Origin: Geosiphon pyriformis uo1
Taxonomy: Eukaryota; Fungi; Glomeromycota
Length of the DNA stretch: 63,947 bases
Assembly: GCA_016748015.1 (NCBI GenBank)
Contig: JAAOMT010000176.1
Location: 124,054-188,000, forward strand
Direction: 5' to 3'
The position numbers and the translations under genes were made by a program. The notes under the pieces were generated by a model, which saw nothing but the letters and a program-made list of their open reading frames with translations, did no database searches and had not been told where the DNA came from. The number at the start of each line of letters is the position of its first letter. The first letter of the stretch is position 1. Shown here one piece after another: positions 1 to 11,166 of this stretch.

Positions 1-72
1 CGCAAATGAATCACCATTCTTGCTTAGCAATGCAGCGGCTAATGAGCAAAAAGCCATCACTGCAATGTACAG
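1..72 (+). pseudogene. Pre-protease fragment of a Gypsy element (probably element B, left of nested element A)
   Basis: Reads PFLLSNAAANEQKAITAMY, homologous to MFSRAALDEKRPITAMY, which precedes the LILDSG protease in the other copies; cut by an N-gap. Confidence 0.6.
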
Positions 73-273
73 ANNNNNNNNNNNNNNNNNNNNNNNNNNN
101 NNNNNNNNNNNNNNNNNNNNNNNNNNNNNNNNNNNNNNNNNNNNNNNNNNNNNNNNNNNNNNNNNNNNNNNNNNNNNNNNNNNNNNNNNNNNNNNNNNNN
201 NNNNNNNNNNNNNNNNNNNNNNNNNNNNNNNNNNNNNNNNNNNNNNNNNNNNNNNNNNNNNNNNNNNNNNNNN

Positions 274-414
274 TACATCGCAACAGTAAAAAGAAAGCCT
301 TCAGTGTAACAGTGACACTATCACACAAATAGAATTGAGGAACTCACGAAAGACTGATTGCAATTAAAGTGGGATATCAGCAATTAAATATAACAAGAAA
401 ACCATCCTGTAACA
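274..414 (+). repeat. 5' LTR of element A (3' part only; remainder in gap)
   Basis: Near-identical to 5105-5245 and to the reverse complement of 20616-20757; ends GTAACA. Confidence 0.9.
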
Positions 415-416
415 TT

Positions 417-434
417 TGGTGAACCCTACGAGGA
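417..434 (+). promoter_or_regulatory. Primer-binding site of element A (TGGTGAACCCTACGAGG)
   Basis: TGG 2 nt after the LTR end; homologous TGGTGCACCCTACAAG in element D. Confidence 0.8.
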
Positions 435-496
435 AAGAAAATCAAAAAGGAAATAATAATTAGCAATAATTCATTGCTAAAAAGGAAAAGACAAAA

Positions 497-3400
497 GTGG
501 CGACAAAAACCCCTAATCTTACTGTTCTTGAATTCTGCTATGCTATTTATACACAAAATCAGAGTGATCTTGGATTACCAGAAGGGTGTTGTCTAGCAGA
601 ATCTGCCCTCACTTATTATATTAATGCCAGAATAAATTATCATATAGGAAAGGAAGAAGAACCACACGATGCAAAACTTGGATTGTATAGAGAATTATCA
701 CAATACACTACAAAAGAAGTAGCAGTAATAGCCGCAACTATTGTTAAAATCCATCGAGAAATTGAGCAATACGCCAACGAAAATTTTCCAATATCCACAG
801 GAAACACTAGGGAACGCGCCAACAAAACCAAAGAAAATTTAGAAACTAATCAGGAAAGTAACCAGCAAAAACTAGGAACACCAGCTCAAACGCCAAAGAA
901 AACTGTCACTCAATCAATAAAGAAACAACGTATTTATTCACCAGAAGATAANNNNNNNNNNNNNNNNNNNNACATAACTGGGGAGACATACCAATTACAG
1001 GAGGATATTCATCACTATTCCAAAACCCTCTTTTTCAGCCAAAATTTAGAATGGGGTTTGAAAACCGTGAAGAGGAGTCTGAATCAGAATCCGAAAAAGA
1101 GACCAGCGAAAAAACAATCACAAGACCAGTCACTGGAACAAGCAGCCAGTCCAGAAACCAAGAAACTCGTGATCAAGAGGAAAAACCGGATATAAGAGAA
1201 GCCACCTTTAGGAACGCTCAAGGAAATATCATCCCACCTCCTCTTAGACCAATAAACCCACCAGCAGAAAACGGCAACGAAATGACCACACCATACATTG
1301 CAAGACTAACAGATTTCTCAGGAGAGAAAGAAGAAACGGACGTGCACACATGGCTCAGAGAAACACAAAAAGCCATCCAGGTAAATAACTGGAACGACCA
1401 AAGAGCAATTCAAACATTACCTTTCTTCCTGAAAGGCACAGCCGACTTGTGGTATCAAAGCCTGGAAACAAAACCCACGAGCTTCACCGAATTTAAAAAT
1501 GCACTCCTGGAGTATTTTAGCGACCCAAACGCTGTAATCCAACTACAGAACGAATTCAATACTATCAAGCAAAATACCGGTGAAACTGTCACCCAATACC
1601 TTGCTCAATTCAATCGAATTCGTCGTCAGATTAAAGCGATTGAACAAGGATACTACACTGATCCTCAGGTTTTAAATCAGTTTATTAGAGGATTAAAAAG
1701 CAGCATTTTAGGAAGAGTATGCCCTGCCCACCCTAATTCCTTACCAGAAGCCGTTACGCTCGCCAGAGCCCTTGAATCGGCTGAGAAAGAAGCTAACCAT
1801 AGTCAAATGGTTAACATGGTAATGGAGGAAAATAAGACAGAAACATTAGAGAAAAGAGTAACGCGATTAGGGGAGGAACTCTCTANNNNNNNNNNNNNNN
1901 NNNNNNNNNNNNNNNNNNNNNNNNNNNNNNNNNNNNNNNNNNNNNNNNNNNNNNNNNNNNNNNNNNNNNNNNNNNNNNNNNNNNNNNNNNNNNNNNNNNN
2001 NNNNNNNNNNNNNNNNNNNNNNNNNNNNNNNNNNNNNNNNNNNNNNNNNNNNNNNNNNNNNNNNNNNNNNNNNNNNNNNNNNNNNNNNNNNNNNNNNNNN
2101 NNNNNNNNNNNNNNNNNNNNNNNNNNNNNNNNNNNNNNNNNNNNNNNNNNNNNNNNNNNNNNNNNNNNNNNNNNNNNNNNNNNNNNNNNNNNNNNNNNNN
2201 NNNNNNNNNNNNNNNNNNNNNNNNNNNNNNNNNNNNNNNNNNNNNNNNNNNNNNNNNNNNNNNNNNNNNNNNNNNNNNNNNNNNNNNNNNNNNNNNNNNN
2301 NNNNNNNNNNNNNNNNNNNNNNNNNNNNNNNNNNNAAAACGAGGCTATGTTCAGTCGAGCAGCATTGGACGAAAAACGCCCAATCACTGCTATGTATACA
2401 GAAGCCACTGTAAACAATACCCCAATCAAACTTATCTTAGACAGCGGATCCGCTGGAAGCATCATAACGCTTCAACTAGTAAACCAACTGGGTTTCAAAG
2501 TTGATCGTGCCGTGACGTCCCAAATCATAACAGCCGATGGAAGTACAAAGCTGCCTTATGGCGAAATCGACTCATTCCCTTTCGAAATTAATGGCATAGT
2601 AATACCTACAAAAGTATTAGTAATGGATGCTACACAATATCAAGCGTTAGTAGGGAATGACTGGCTAACAAAAGCCAACGCCACCTTAGACTGGACCACC
2701 CAAGAGCTTCTGATCAATTATAACAGCCACCAGGCCAAAATTCCAGCCACCTGTGGCCACTTCCAAAAACCCAGCGCCAACCAAAGATCTACCTTCGAAT
2801 TTGAGGAAAATTTAGCACTACCAGTCATCGAAACCTATCAGCTCTCTTGGGCTGATGACCAAAGAACAGAACTACCAGCCGTACCAATGTGGACCAGTGA
2901 AGAAAGATCCGAATGGAACCAGGTAAGTTTACAAAAAAACCACCAGCGACGCAGACCAAAGCTAGAATGCTCGGTTTGCAAAAAGAAACTCTCGTCTATG
3001 ACTGCGTACAGCGCACTGGATGAAGACCCAAGAAACCCCATCCACTACTATTGTAACCGTTGTAACAAAGAAAAATACGGTTACCCAGAAAGACACGGAA
3101 AATGGGACGAGGAACCATGTTTCGCTTGTGGAGAACCATTACCAAGAGGGTGCGACTGGAACGACTTACCAGGCAGAGGAGGAACGTGTGACGCAACTTG
3201 CCAATACACGATCCTCATCTGTGACTGGGTAAGAGAAGGAACGCCGTTCGAAGCAGCGTTCAACAGAGCGTTAAAAAGACTACAGCACTACCCACACGAC
3301 GAGGACGAGTTGTACAACACCACACAAGCCAAAGTAAGAGGAGGAACCGCCGAAGAAATATGATGTTGGAAAGAGTCAGCCGAAGTAGCCGACGAAGTCG

Positions 3401-4506
3401 TTAGCTACAACATGTTCGACCCAGTGGACGAATTCCAGGACTACTACCAACAACTATGCCCCACTCGACAAGAGCAAGAACAATACCTCGCCCAAATCAA
3501 CACTTACCTCTGCAAAAACTGTCTCATCCCGTGTCAAAGTCAGTGCTGTGAAGAGTGTCAAGACGAAAGGGACTTAGAAAGAAAAATGGAAATTGAGAAT
3601 CAGCAGTCTCAAAATCAATCAATAAATCAACAAGACTCACCTGATGGTTCCGAGTCAGAAAAATTTGTAGCCTATACCGACCTAGAACAGGTGACTGACA
3701 TCCAATACTTCGACAACGGGCACTTAGGAATAATACCTGAAAGAGCCCATCCAACCGACGCCGGATTCAATCTACGTTATCTGGAAGACCAATCCACAAC
3801 GTTACCACCCAGGAGCATCACCAAAATCGACTTAAAATTAGCGGTTGAAATTTCGCCAGGAATAATGGTTCAAATGGCGTCGCGATCAAGCCTCGCGAAA
3901 AAAGGAATAAGCGTTCAAGGAGGAGTAATTGACTCTGGATACACTGGAAATTTGATGGTTTTGCTACAGAACAATTCAGAAAAGCCTTATACTATTGAAT
4001 CTAAGGAAAAGATTGCACAAGCAATTTTCCTACCATTGGTAAAAATTGGGAAATTCGTGTCAGTGGAAAATCGTGAGGAATTGTCACAAACAACGAGAGG
4101 AACTTTTGGTTTTGGATCGACAGGAAAAAGAATTGAAGCAAATTTTGCTGAAACAATAGAGGAAAAAGGCGAAGTAATTAAAAATGAGTGGTCCATCACG
4201 CTCCTACCATATGGAAAATCAGAAATAAGAATAAAAAGGACAATTAAAGAAAAAGACCTAATATTTGAGCCCTACCTAGAAACTTGCCAACAGTTTCTCA
4301 TAGGACTTACTAACCTTTTTATTCCAGCTGATAAAGCTCAATGGATAAAAATTCCTATCGCAAACACCACAGAAGAACCCATCTACATTCCGGAAGATAC
4401 TATCATTGGATACTTCAGAACGGAGCTAGAAAACGCGTCAACACCACAAGAAATTCTAAATTTCCCAGAAATCACCCTCTACTGTGAACTCACTTCAACA
4501 AATTAA
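497..4506 (+). pseudogene. Gag-protease-Cys-rich-dUTPase polyprotein of element A (one visible internal TGA at 3361; two N-gaps)
   Basis: Gag (DFSGEKEE..WL..QFIRGL); protease LILDSGSAGS...ALVGNDWL; CxxC-rich region; dUTPase motifs AGFNL, SRSSLA, GVIDSGYTG, KIAQ, RGTFGFGSTG. Confidence 0.9.
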
Positions 4507-4583
4507 TAACACAGTATTGAACCACTATAGTAACTTAGAATTTAATAAAGAAATTAACTTCGATTTCGACGGAGCTCAATCTT

Positions 4584-4598
4584 GAAAGGAGGGGATAA
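4584..4598 (+). promoter_or_regulatory. Polypurine tract of element A
   Basis: GAAAGGAGGGGATAA immediately before TGTTAC. Confidence 0.85.
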
Positions 4599-5245
4599 TG
4601 TTACGGTTTAAGAATTTAGCAAAAAGAATCATAAAAATAATACAAACTATTCAATCATAATATAGCACAGTAATAATCTTAGAAAGGTAATGATTAACAT
4701 AGTAGCAAACACCATCTCGCGATAGTGGCAAGCACCAGTTCACAATAGCAGCCAACACCAACTGGTGATAGCAGCNNNNNNNNNNNNNNNNNNNNNNNNN
4801 NNNNNNNNNNNNNNNNNNNNNNNNNNNNNNNNNNNNNNNNNNNNNNNNNNNNNNNNNNNNNNNNNNNNNNNNNNNNNNNNNNNNNNNNNNNNNNNNNNNN
4901 NNNNNNNNNNNNNNNNNNNNNNNNNNNNNNNNNNNNNNNNNNNNNNNNNAGACCATTAACATTCTGTGTTTCTAGATTAGAGAAACACATCAGGCAATTG
5001 CAAGGATAGCCTCAGAGAAGACCCCAGACAGTGGGTAGATTTCAGTTCAGCCTCTGAGAAGGAGTACATAAACACACACAACAATCAAGAATTAAAGAAT
5101 AACTTACATCACAACAGTAAAAAGAAAGCCTTCAGTGTAACAATGACACTATCACACAAATAGAATTGAGGAACTCACGAAAGACTGATTGCAATTAAAG
5201 CGGGATATCAGCAATTAAATATAACAAGAAAACCATCCCGTAACA
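4599..5245 (+). repeat. 3' LTR of element A (contains a gap)
   Basis: 8-bp terminal inverted repeat TGTTACGG/CCGTAACA; homologous to 20616-21489 (-) and 63335-63947. Confidence 0.9.
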
Positions 5246-8022
5246 GCATCTGCAATCAGACCTGCCAATATGCTTTATCAATTTCAGAAAAAGTAAAAAG
5301 AGGAACACCCTTTAATGCAGCATACAATAGTGCTCTCAACAAACTTTATCACTACCCTCATGATGCTGAGATGATTTTCGACTTAGCAATGGCATTAATT
5401 AACGAAGCTACCAAAGAAGATGTTTGTCAAATGAAGGAAGCAGAATACATTGAATACACTATGGAATTAGCTGGATTCGATTACGAAGATGAAGTAGAAG
5501 TCTACCACCAAATTGCAAGTCACACCTACTCAACCCAAGAAGCTCAAATTCAACAATTAGAGCAAATAAACATTAGGCTATGTGAAGAATGCATTATGTC
5601 TTGCAATGAACAATGGTGTCCTGAATACTATGCTCTTAGTATCCTCTTGCCCAGCGAAAATGATGAGAATGAAATTGAATTCGGAGAACCTGAAGAAACA
5701 AAAAAAATTGAAACAACACCCATCTATCTTATCAAAAATCAGCCTGCCTTACAACTTAAATACTTCAACAACAATGGACAAGGAATACAACCCAAAAAAG
5801 CACACGAAATTGATGCTGAATATGACCTAAAATATCCAGGCAAGGATACTCTTGTTCTCAAACCCAAATCTCTTACAAAAATCAACCTCAAAATTGCACT
5901 CAAAATTCCACCAAGAGCAATGGTTTAAATCGCCTTCCGGTCCTCTCTGGCAAGCAAAGAAATCAATGTCAGAGGAGAAATAATCGATGCTGGATATACT
6001 GGAAACATAACAGTAATGCTTCAAAATGAAACTGACAAACCATTCAAGATCGAACATGCTGAAAAAATTGCCCAAGCTATTTACCTACCCTTAATCAACA
6101 TTTCGGATTTGCAACTAGTCAATTAAAGAAAACAATTAGAAAAAAATAATAGAGGAACCCAAGGTTTTGGTTCAACTGGACAATTTACAGTTCCAGTTAA
6201 TATAGCTCTTAATACACAGAACAAATCCCACCAGATTCTCAGACTTCCACAACTGATTACTATCTCACCCTTTGGAAAACATCCAGAAATCTACACCTGC
6301 CCAAAGTCAACAACCACACAACAAATTTTTGAGTCCAATAAACAAGTCTGCTTGGAACATAATATTTCGATCCCAAACATTTATATTTCAGAAGAAACAA
6401 AAAAAGTCCGAGTTACTTTTTACAACCCCAATAATTACCTCATAATTTTATTAAATAATTTAGAAATTGGAGTTATTCACAGTAATATATTTCAACAAAA
6501 ACTACCCCAAATAGTTCCCGATTTCTCTGAAATTATTGGACATTCAATACCAAAAACCAACCCAAACCCCAGCTCCGAAAACTATCATGTTGTCATAGAA
6601 AAACTATCTCGAATCAACATGGGACAACTTGAACCACAACAACAGACCCAGCTCAAAGAGCTAATTGCAGAATTTCCTGACATCTTCGCCAAAAACAACA
6701 ATGACTTAGGAAGAACTGATTTGGTTTAACACTAAATCTATACAGAAGATGCCAAACCAAGACGACAACAAGCCTACTGAGTTGCCCCAGAAAGTCACCA
6801 ATTTATCCGAGAAGAAGTACAACAGATGCTTAACAATGGGCTTATTCAACCATCAATGAGCCCATGGGCCTCACTTGTGGTCTTAGTTAAAAAGAAAAAT
6901 GGAAAGATACAATTTTGTGTTGATTACCAACAACTCAACAGTGTCACCATTGGGGATGCCTACCCTCTTCCCCGAATTGATGACATGTTGGATGCCCTTG
7001 GAAAGTCCAAATACTTTTCAACATTAGATTTAGAGAGTGGATACTGGCAAGTTGCTATGGATCCCAAAGACTGCCCCAAAACAGCATTCACCACTCAAGG
7101 AGGAAATTACGAGTTCAATGTAATGCCTTTTGGATTATGCAATGCACCAGCAACATTCCAAAGACTTATGAATGTTGTTTACAAAAGCCTCCTTTGGAAA
7201 TCAATAGTAGTTTATCTTGATGACACTGATGTTTATTCACCATCTTTCGAGCTACATTTAATTCACCTGCGAGAAGTTTTTCAACGATTACAGAAAGCAG
7301 GATTGAAACTGAACATTGAAAAATACTACTTTGGAAAAACAAGTTTAGCTTTTCTTGGTCACATTGTTAGCAAAGATGGAATTAAACCAGACCCCAGAAA
7401 AATCAGTACTGTCAAAAACTTCAAGACTCCATGAAATACCACAGAATTAAGAGGATTTATTGGATTAGCATCCTATTACCAAAAATTTATCAAAGAATTC
7501 TCAGAAATTGCAAAACCTTTCAACCAGCTCATTACTAAAAATGTCGAATACAAATGGACAGAAGAACACCAAAATGCCTTTGAAATACTTAAAGAAAAAC
7601 TCACAACAGCTCCAATCCTTGCCTACCCAGATTTTAGCAACCGATTCCAGTTAGCAACTGACGCCTCTTATACTGCCTTTGGTGCCATCCTATCACAGTT
7701 AGATGACAATGGAAATGAGCGAGTAATTGCTTATGCTAGTAGAACATTAAAGCCAGCCAAAAAAAACTACTCTGCAACAGAATTAGAAACCACAGCAGTA
7801 ATCTGGGCCCTACATTACTTCAACCTTTACCTCAGACCCAAAGAATTCAATATTATCACTGATAATATTGGACTTAAATGGCTTCAAAACAAAAACACCC
7901 AGCTGAATGCAAAACAAATCCGATAGACAGGATTTTTAGCTAATTACCAATACATCGTACACCACAAACCAGGAAAACTCCACACCAACGTTGATTGTTT
8001 CTCAAGAATGAGACAAGATTAG
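5246..8022 (+). pseudogene. Element B pol: Cys-rich domain, dUTPase, RT, RNase H (multiple premature stops, one frame)
   Basis: RT FCVDY...LDLESGYWQ...MPFGLCNAPATFQ...YLDD; RH TDAS...IAYASR...NVDCFSRMRQD* (TAG 8020-8022). Confidence 0.9.
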
Positions 8023-8071
8023 AAAACAAAACCAACACCCATTTGAATTAACAGCATCAAAACAACAAACA

Positions 8072-9457
8072 ATGAACCCCAAAAACTACAACAATCTCAA
8101 ACAATATTTGGAGACATTAACAATCCCAACAGATTGGTCCCCAAACAAAAAACATTGGTTACAATAACAAGCTAAACAATATTTTCTACACAACAACATT
8201 ATTTATCATCAAAATTTCAAAAACCCAACCAAACCACTCAGATTAATACAAAAACAGGAAAAAGAGACCATTTTATACAATATGCACTCAGATCCTTCAT
8301 CAACACACTTTGGAAAAGATAGCACCACCCAAAGAACACTAGAATACTACTTTTGGCCTCGAATGAGAAAAGACATTCACGAATATGTTGAATCTTGTGA
8401 TAGTTGTCAAAGAAGAGAAGAAACTCACCCTACAGAACTTTTATATCCAATTAAAGTTAGACAGCCTTTTGACAGAGTTGGTATTGATTTAGTCGGACCA
8501 CTATCTATCACCACTCAAGGAAACCATTATATTGCAGTAGCTGTAGACTATCTTACTAAATGGCCTGAAGCCAAAGCCATTCAACGAGCAGATACAAAAT
8601 CAGTAGCAAATTTCATCTATGAAGACATCATTTGTAGACATGGATGTCTAATTGAACTTTTATCCGATCAGGGAACACACTTTGTAAACAACCTGATACA
8701 AGAAATTTGTGAACGATTCAATGTCAAAAGACCTCTGTCTTTGCCCTACCATCCACAAACAAACGGACTTGTGGAACGTTTTAACAGAATATTGTGTGAA
8801 TCATTAGCCAAAGTCTCAACCAATTTTGAGCAAGAATGGGATCTCTTTATTCCATCAGTGTTACTAGCATATAGGACATTAAAACAAAATACCACAAAAC
8901 ACATACCATTTGATTTAACTTATGGAAGGACGACAACATTACCAATTAGTTTCACAGTGGAAACATACCCAGCACAACCAATCGATGAAAACAATTTTCA
9001 AGAAACACTTCAGCGAAGAGCCTACACTCTGCTTAGCACATTGGAAAGAAAACGACGAATAGCAGCCACCCATATTGAACACTTACAAGCTCAACAAAAA
9101 GAATGGCATGATGACAAATTGTCTTCAGTCACCAATAAATTCAAAATTGGAAACAAAGTTCTCTTACACAGAACTAAAGCTGAAAAACAATGGAATGGAA
9201 AATTTGAAAATAAATGGGATGGATCATTCTTTATCCATGAAGTCCTAGGCAATAGATCATACAAGCTAAGACTTGATGACAAAATCCTAGCAAAAGTTGC
9301 ACATGGAGATTATTTGAAACACTATCATTCCAGAAACAATCCTGAACTATTAATTCCACAAATTGGTACACATTCCCCTTTGGTTAGTCCCAAAGATATT
9401 CCCCGAAACTTAGAACCAATAGTTGTCATTAAACAACCTTCCAACCTGAACACTTAA
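8072..9457 (+). pseudogene. Element B integrase (separate ORF; one internal stop near 8165)
   Basis: HHCC (HSDPSSTHFG...CDSCQ); rve core GIDLVGP, SDQGTHF, YHPQTNGLVERFN; GPF/SH3-like C-terminus; no chromodomain. Confidence 0.9.
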
Positions 9458-9576
9458 TTTAATTTTACTAGTTATTTTCTTATAATTTAGAAACAATCTC
9501 ACAAAAACAAAACAAAAATAACATAAAAATCCATACACCAAAAATTATTTTTTTTATTTTTTTTTAATTGCTTATA

Positions 9577-10253
9577 ATGATTATTCCTCAAAACATTCAA
9601 CAATTATCCCAAAAACTAATGTTAGTTTTAAAAACAATACCCGAATTATCCATTACTGTTACTGGAAACCACATAAATTATACTCAAACAGAAGTAGTTA
9701 CAAATTTAGCCCCAAATTCATGAAAATATCACCCGTATAAAAAGAACACAAGAAGTTATACTGAAATTCACCTGCCAGAACTTTTAAAGCTTGTTTTAAA
9801 AGAAAACCTAATGTTCACTCCAATTAGTATTCTACCAAATGCTACAATCCAACAAAAACTTCAACTGTGTCTCAATGAGGAAAACACTAAATATCCTTCA
9901 ATCTATAGATATTTTCACATTGGAAAAACACTCTATGAATGGAAACTGGAACTTACAACAGCAAACTTCACAAAAGAAGCTATTCAGAAACAACTCCACA
10001 ACAAATTCAAGACAACAGCTGGATCAACAAACAGTCGCTACAGGCTTAAAGCTGCTCTTAGACTTTATGACCTATTTCACACCTGTGAAAACGTACTACA
10101 AAACCCAATTTTTCAACCTTTGAAGATTCAATACATTGGAAAGCTCACAGAACTGAAATTTCAACAATTTTCAGACCAAATTTTTTCAATAATTTTGGAT
10201 TATTATCTGGAAATAACAGACAGTACTTGGACTTCGATGGAGCTCAGTCTTGA
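9577..10253 (+). pseudogene. Element B ORF3, unknown function (~225 aa)
   Basis: ATG 9577 in frame with ORF 9811 (TGA at 9721); homologous to 36541-37170; DFDGAQS* terminus in a shifted frame just before the PPT. Confidence 0.75.
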
Positions 10254-10264
10254 GAAGGAAGTTA

Positions 10265-11095
10265 TATTACCAGACGAAATTAGNNNNNNNNNNNNNNNNN
10301 NNNNNNNNNNNNNNNNNNNNNNNNNNNNNNNNNNNNNNNNNNNNNNNNNNNNNNNNNNNNNNNNNNNNNNNNNNNNNNNNNNNNNNNNNNNNNNNNNNNN
10401 NNNNNNNNNNNNNNNNNNNNNTATCTTTAGTTCAGCAAAATTGTAGAAAATAGCAAAGTTCAAGTTCATAGAATAGTGTTACAACAAGTTGTATAAAAGA
10501 AGAGCTTCTCTCTTCAAGAAAATGTATCTTACTTTAGATTTATTACTTAGAACCATTTCTACACATACAAAAAGAAATAAATACCAAATAATTTGAAAAA
10601 CCAAATTCTTTAATTATTGTACTTGGAAAATCCCCAAAACCCAACTAACATTTTAAAATTGATTAGCTACCAATTTTAGTAAACTGTTAATGACTCCAGG
10701 CCTGAATAGAAAACGTTTCTCTTGACAAAAATTCTATTTCTTTTACATTTCTTTTATTTTCTTTTATTTTTCTTATTACAATCATTAGGGTAGCCTACAG
10801 ATGAGATTCCTGTAGAAGAGTTGACTTTTACAGCAAAGTAACTACACATTTTTTTATGAGCTTCTAAACAAGCAATTCCTGGAAAAGAGTTGACGTTTAC
10901 TACAATGTAACTACATTAAGCAACTGGCATGGAATTGGCCATTCCACTTATAAGCCCAGCAAGTTTAAATTATAGGAGATAATTTGAAGTTAAAAATTCA
11001 GTTACTGGAGGTTCAACCACATCCAGAAAACGTAAATTCACAGCAAATAAGTATCAACAACATTATAGAAAAGAGACCAAAAACCTCCGGTAACA
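10265..11095 (+). repeat. 3' LTR of element B
   Basis: T(A)TTACCAG...CCGGTAACA; homologous to the solo LTR 33412-34401 (-). Confidence 0.88.
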
Positions 11096-11166
11096 ATGTT
11101 CATCTTTTGTTGTATTTTTCCATTGGTATTGTTCTGGTTTTGTTATATTTTTGGGTTGAAATGTTC

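Larger units (their letters stand above)
274..5245 (+). mobile_element. Ty3/Gypsy element A, internally deleted (gag-PR-Cys-dUTPase only; no RT/RH/IN)
   Basis: 5' LTR end 274-414 matches the 3' end of the LTR at 4599-5245; PBS at 417; PPT 4584-4598; 3' LTR has TGTTACGG...CCGTAACA ends; right flank resumes in the middle of element B's Cys domain. Confidence 0.9.
5246..11095 (+). mobile_element. Ty3/Gypsy element B, 3' portion (Cys-dUTPase-RT-RH, IN, ORF3, 3' LTR)
   Basis: Domain order below; 3' LTR 10265-11095 abuts the start of element C's integrase ORF. Confidence 0.9.

Noticed and set aside
6-332. ORFs spanning N-runs (also 1803-2465, 4651-4990, 10203-10469)
   Set aside because: Artefacts of assembly gaps; the 73-273 gap is probably also undersized
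9577-10253. ORF3 as a retroviral envelope gene
   Set aside because: No signal peptide, furin/fusion motif or TM anchor seen
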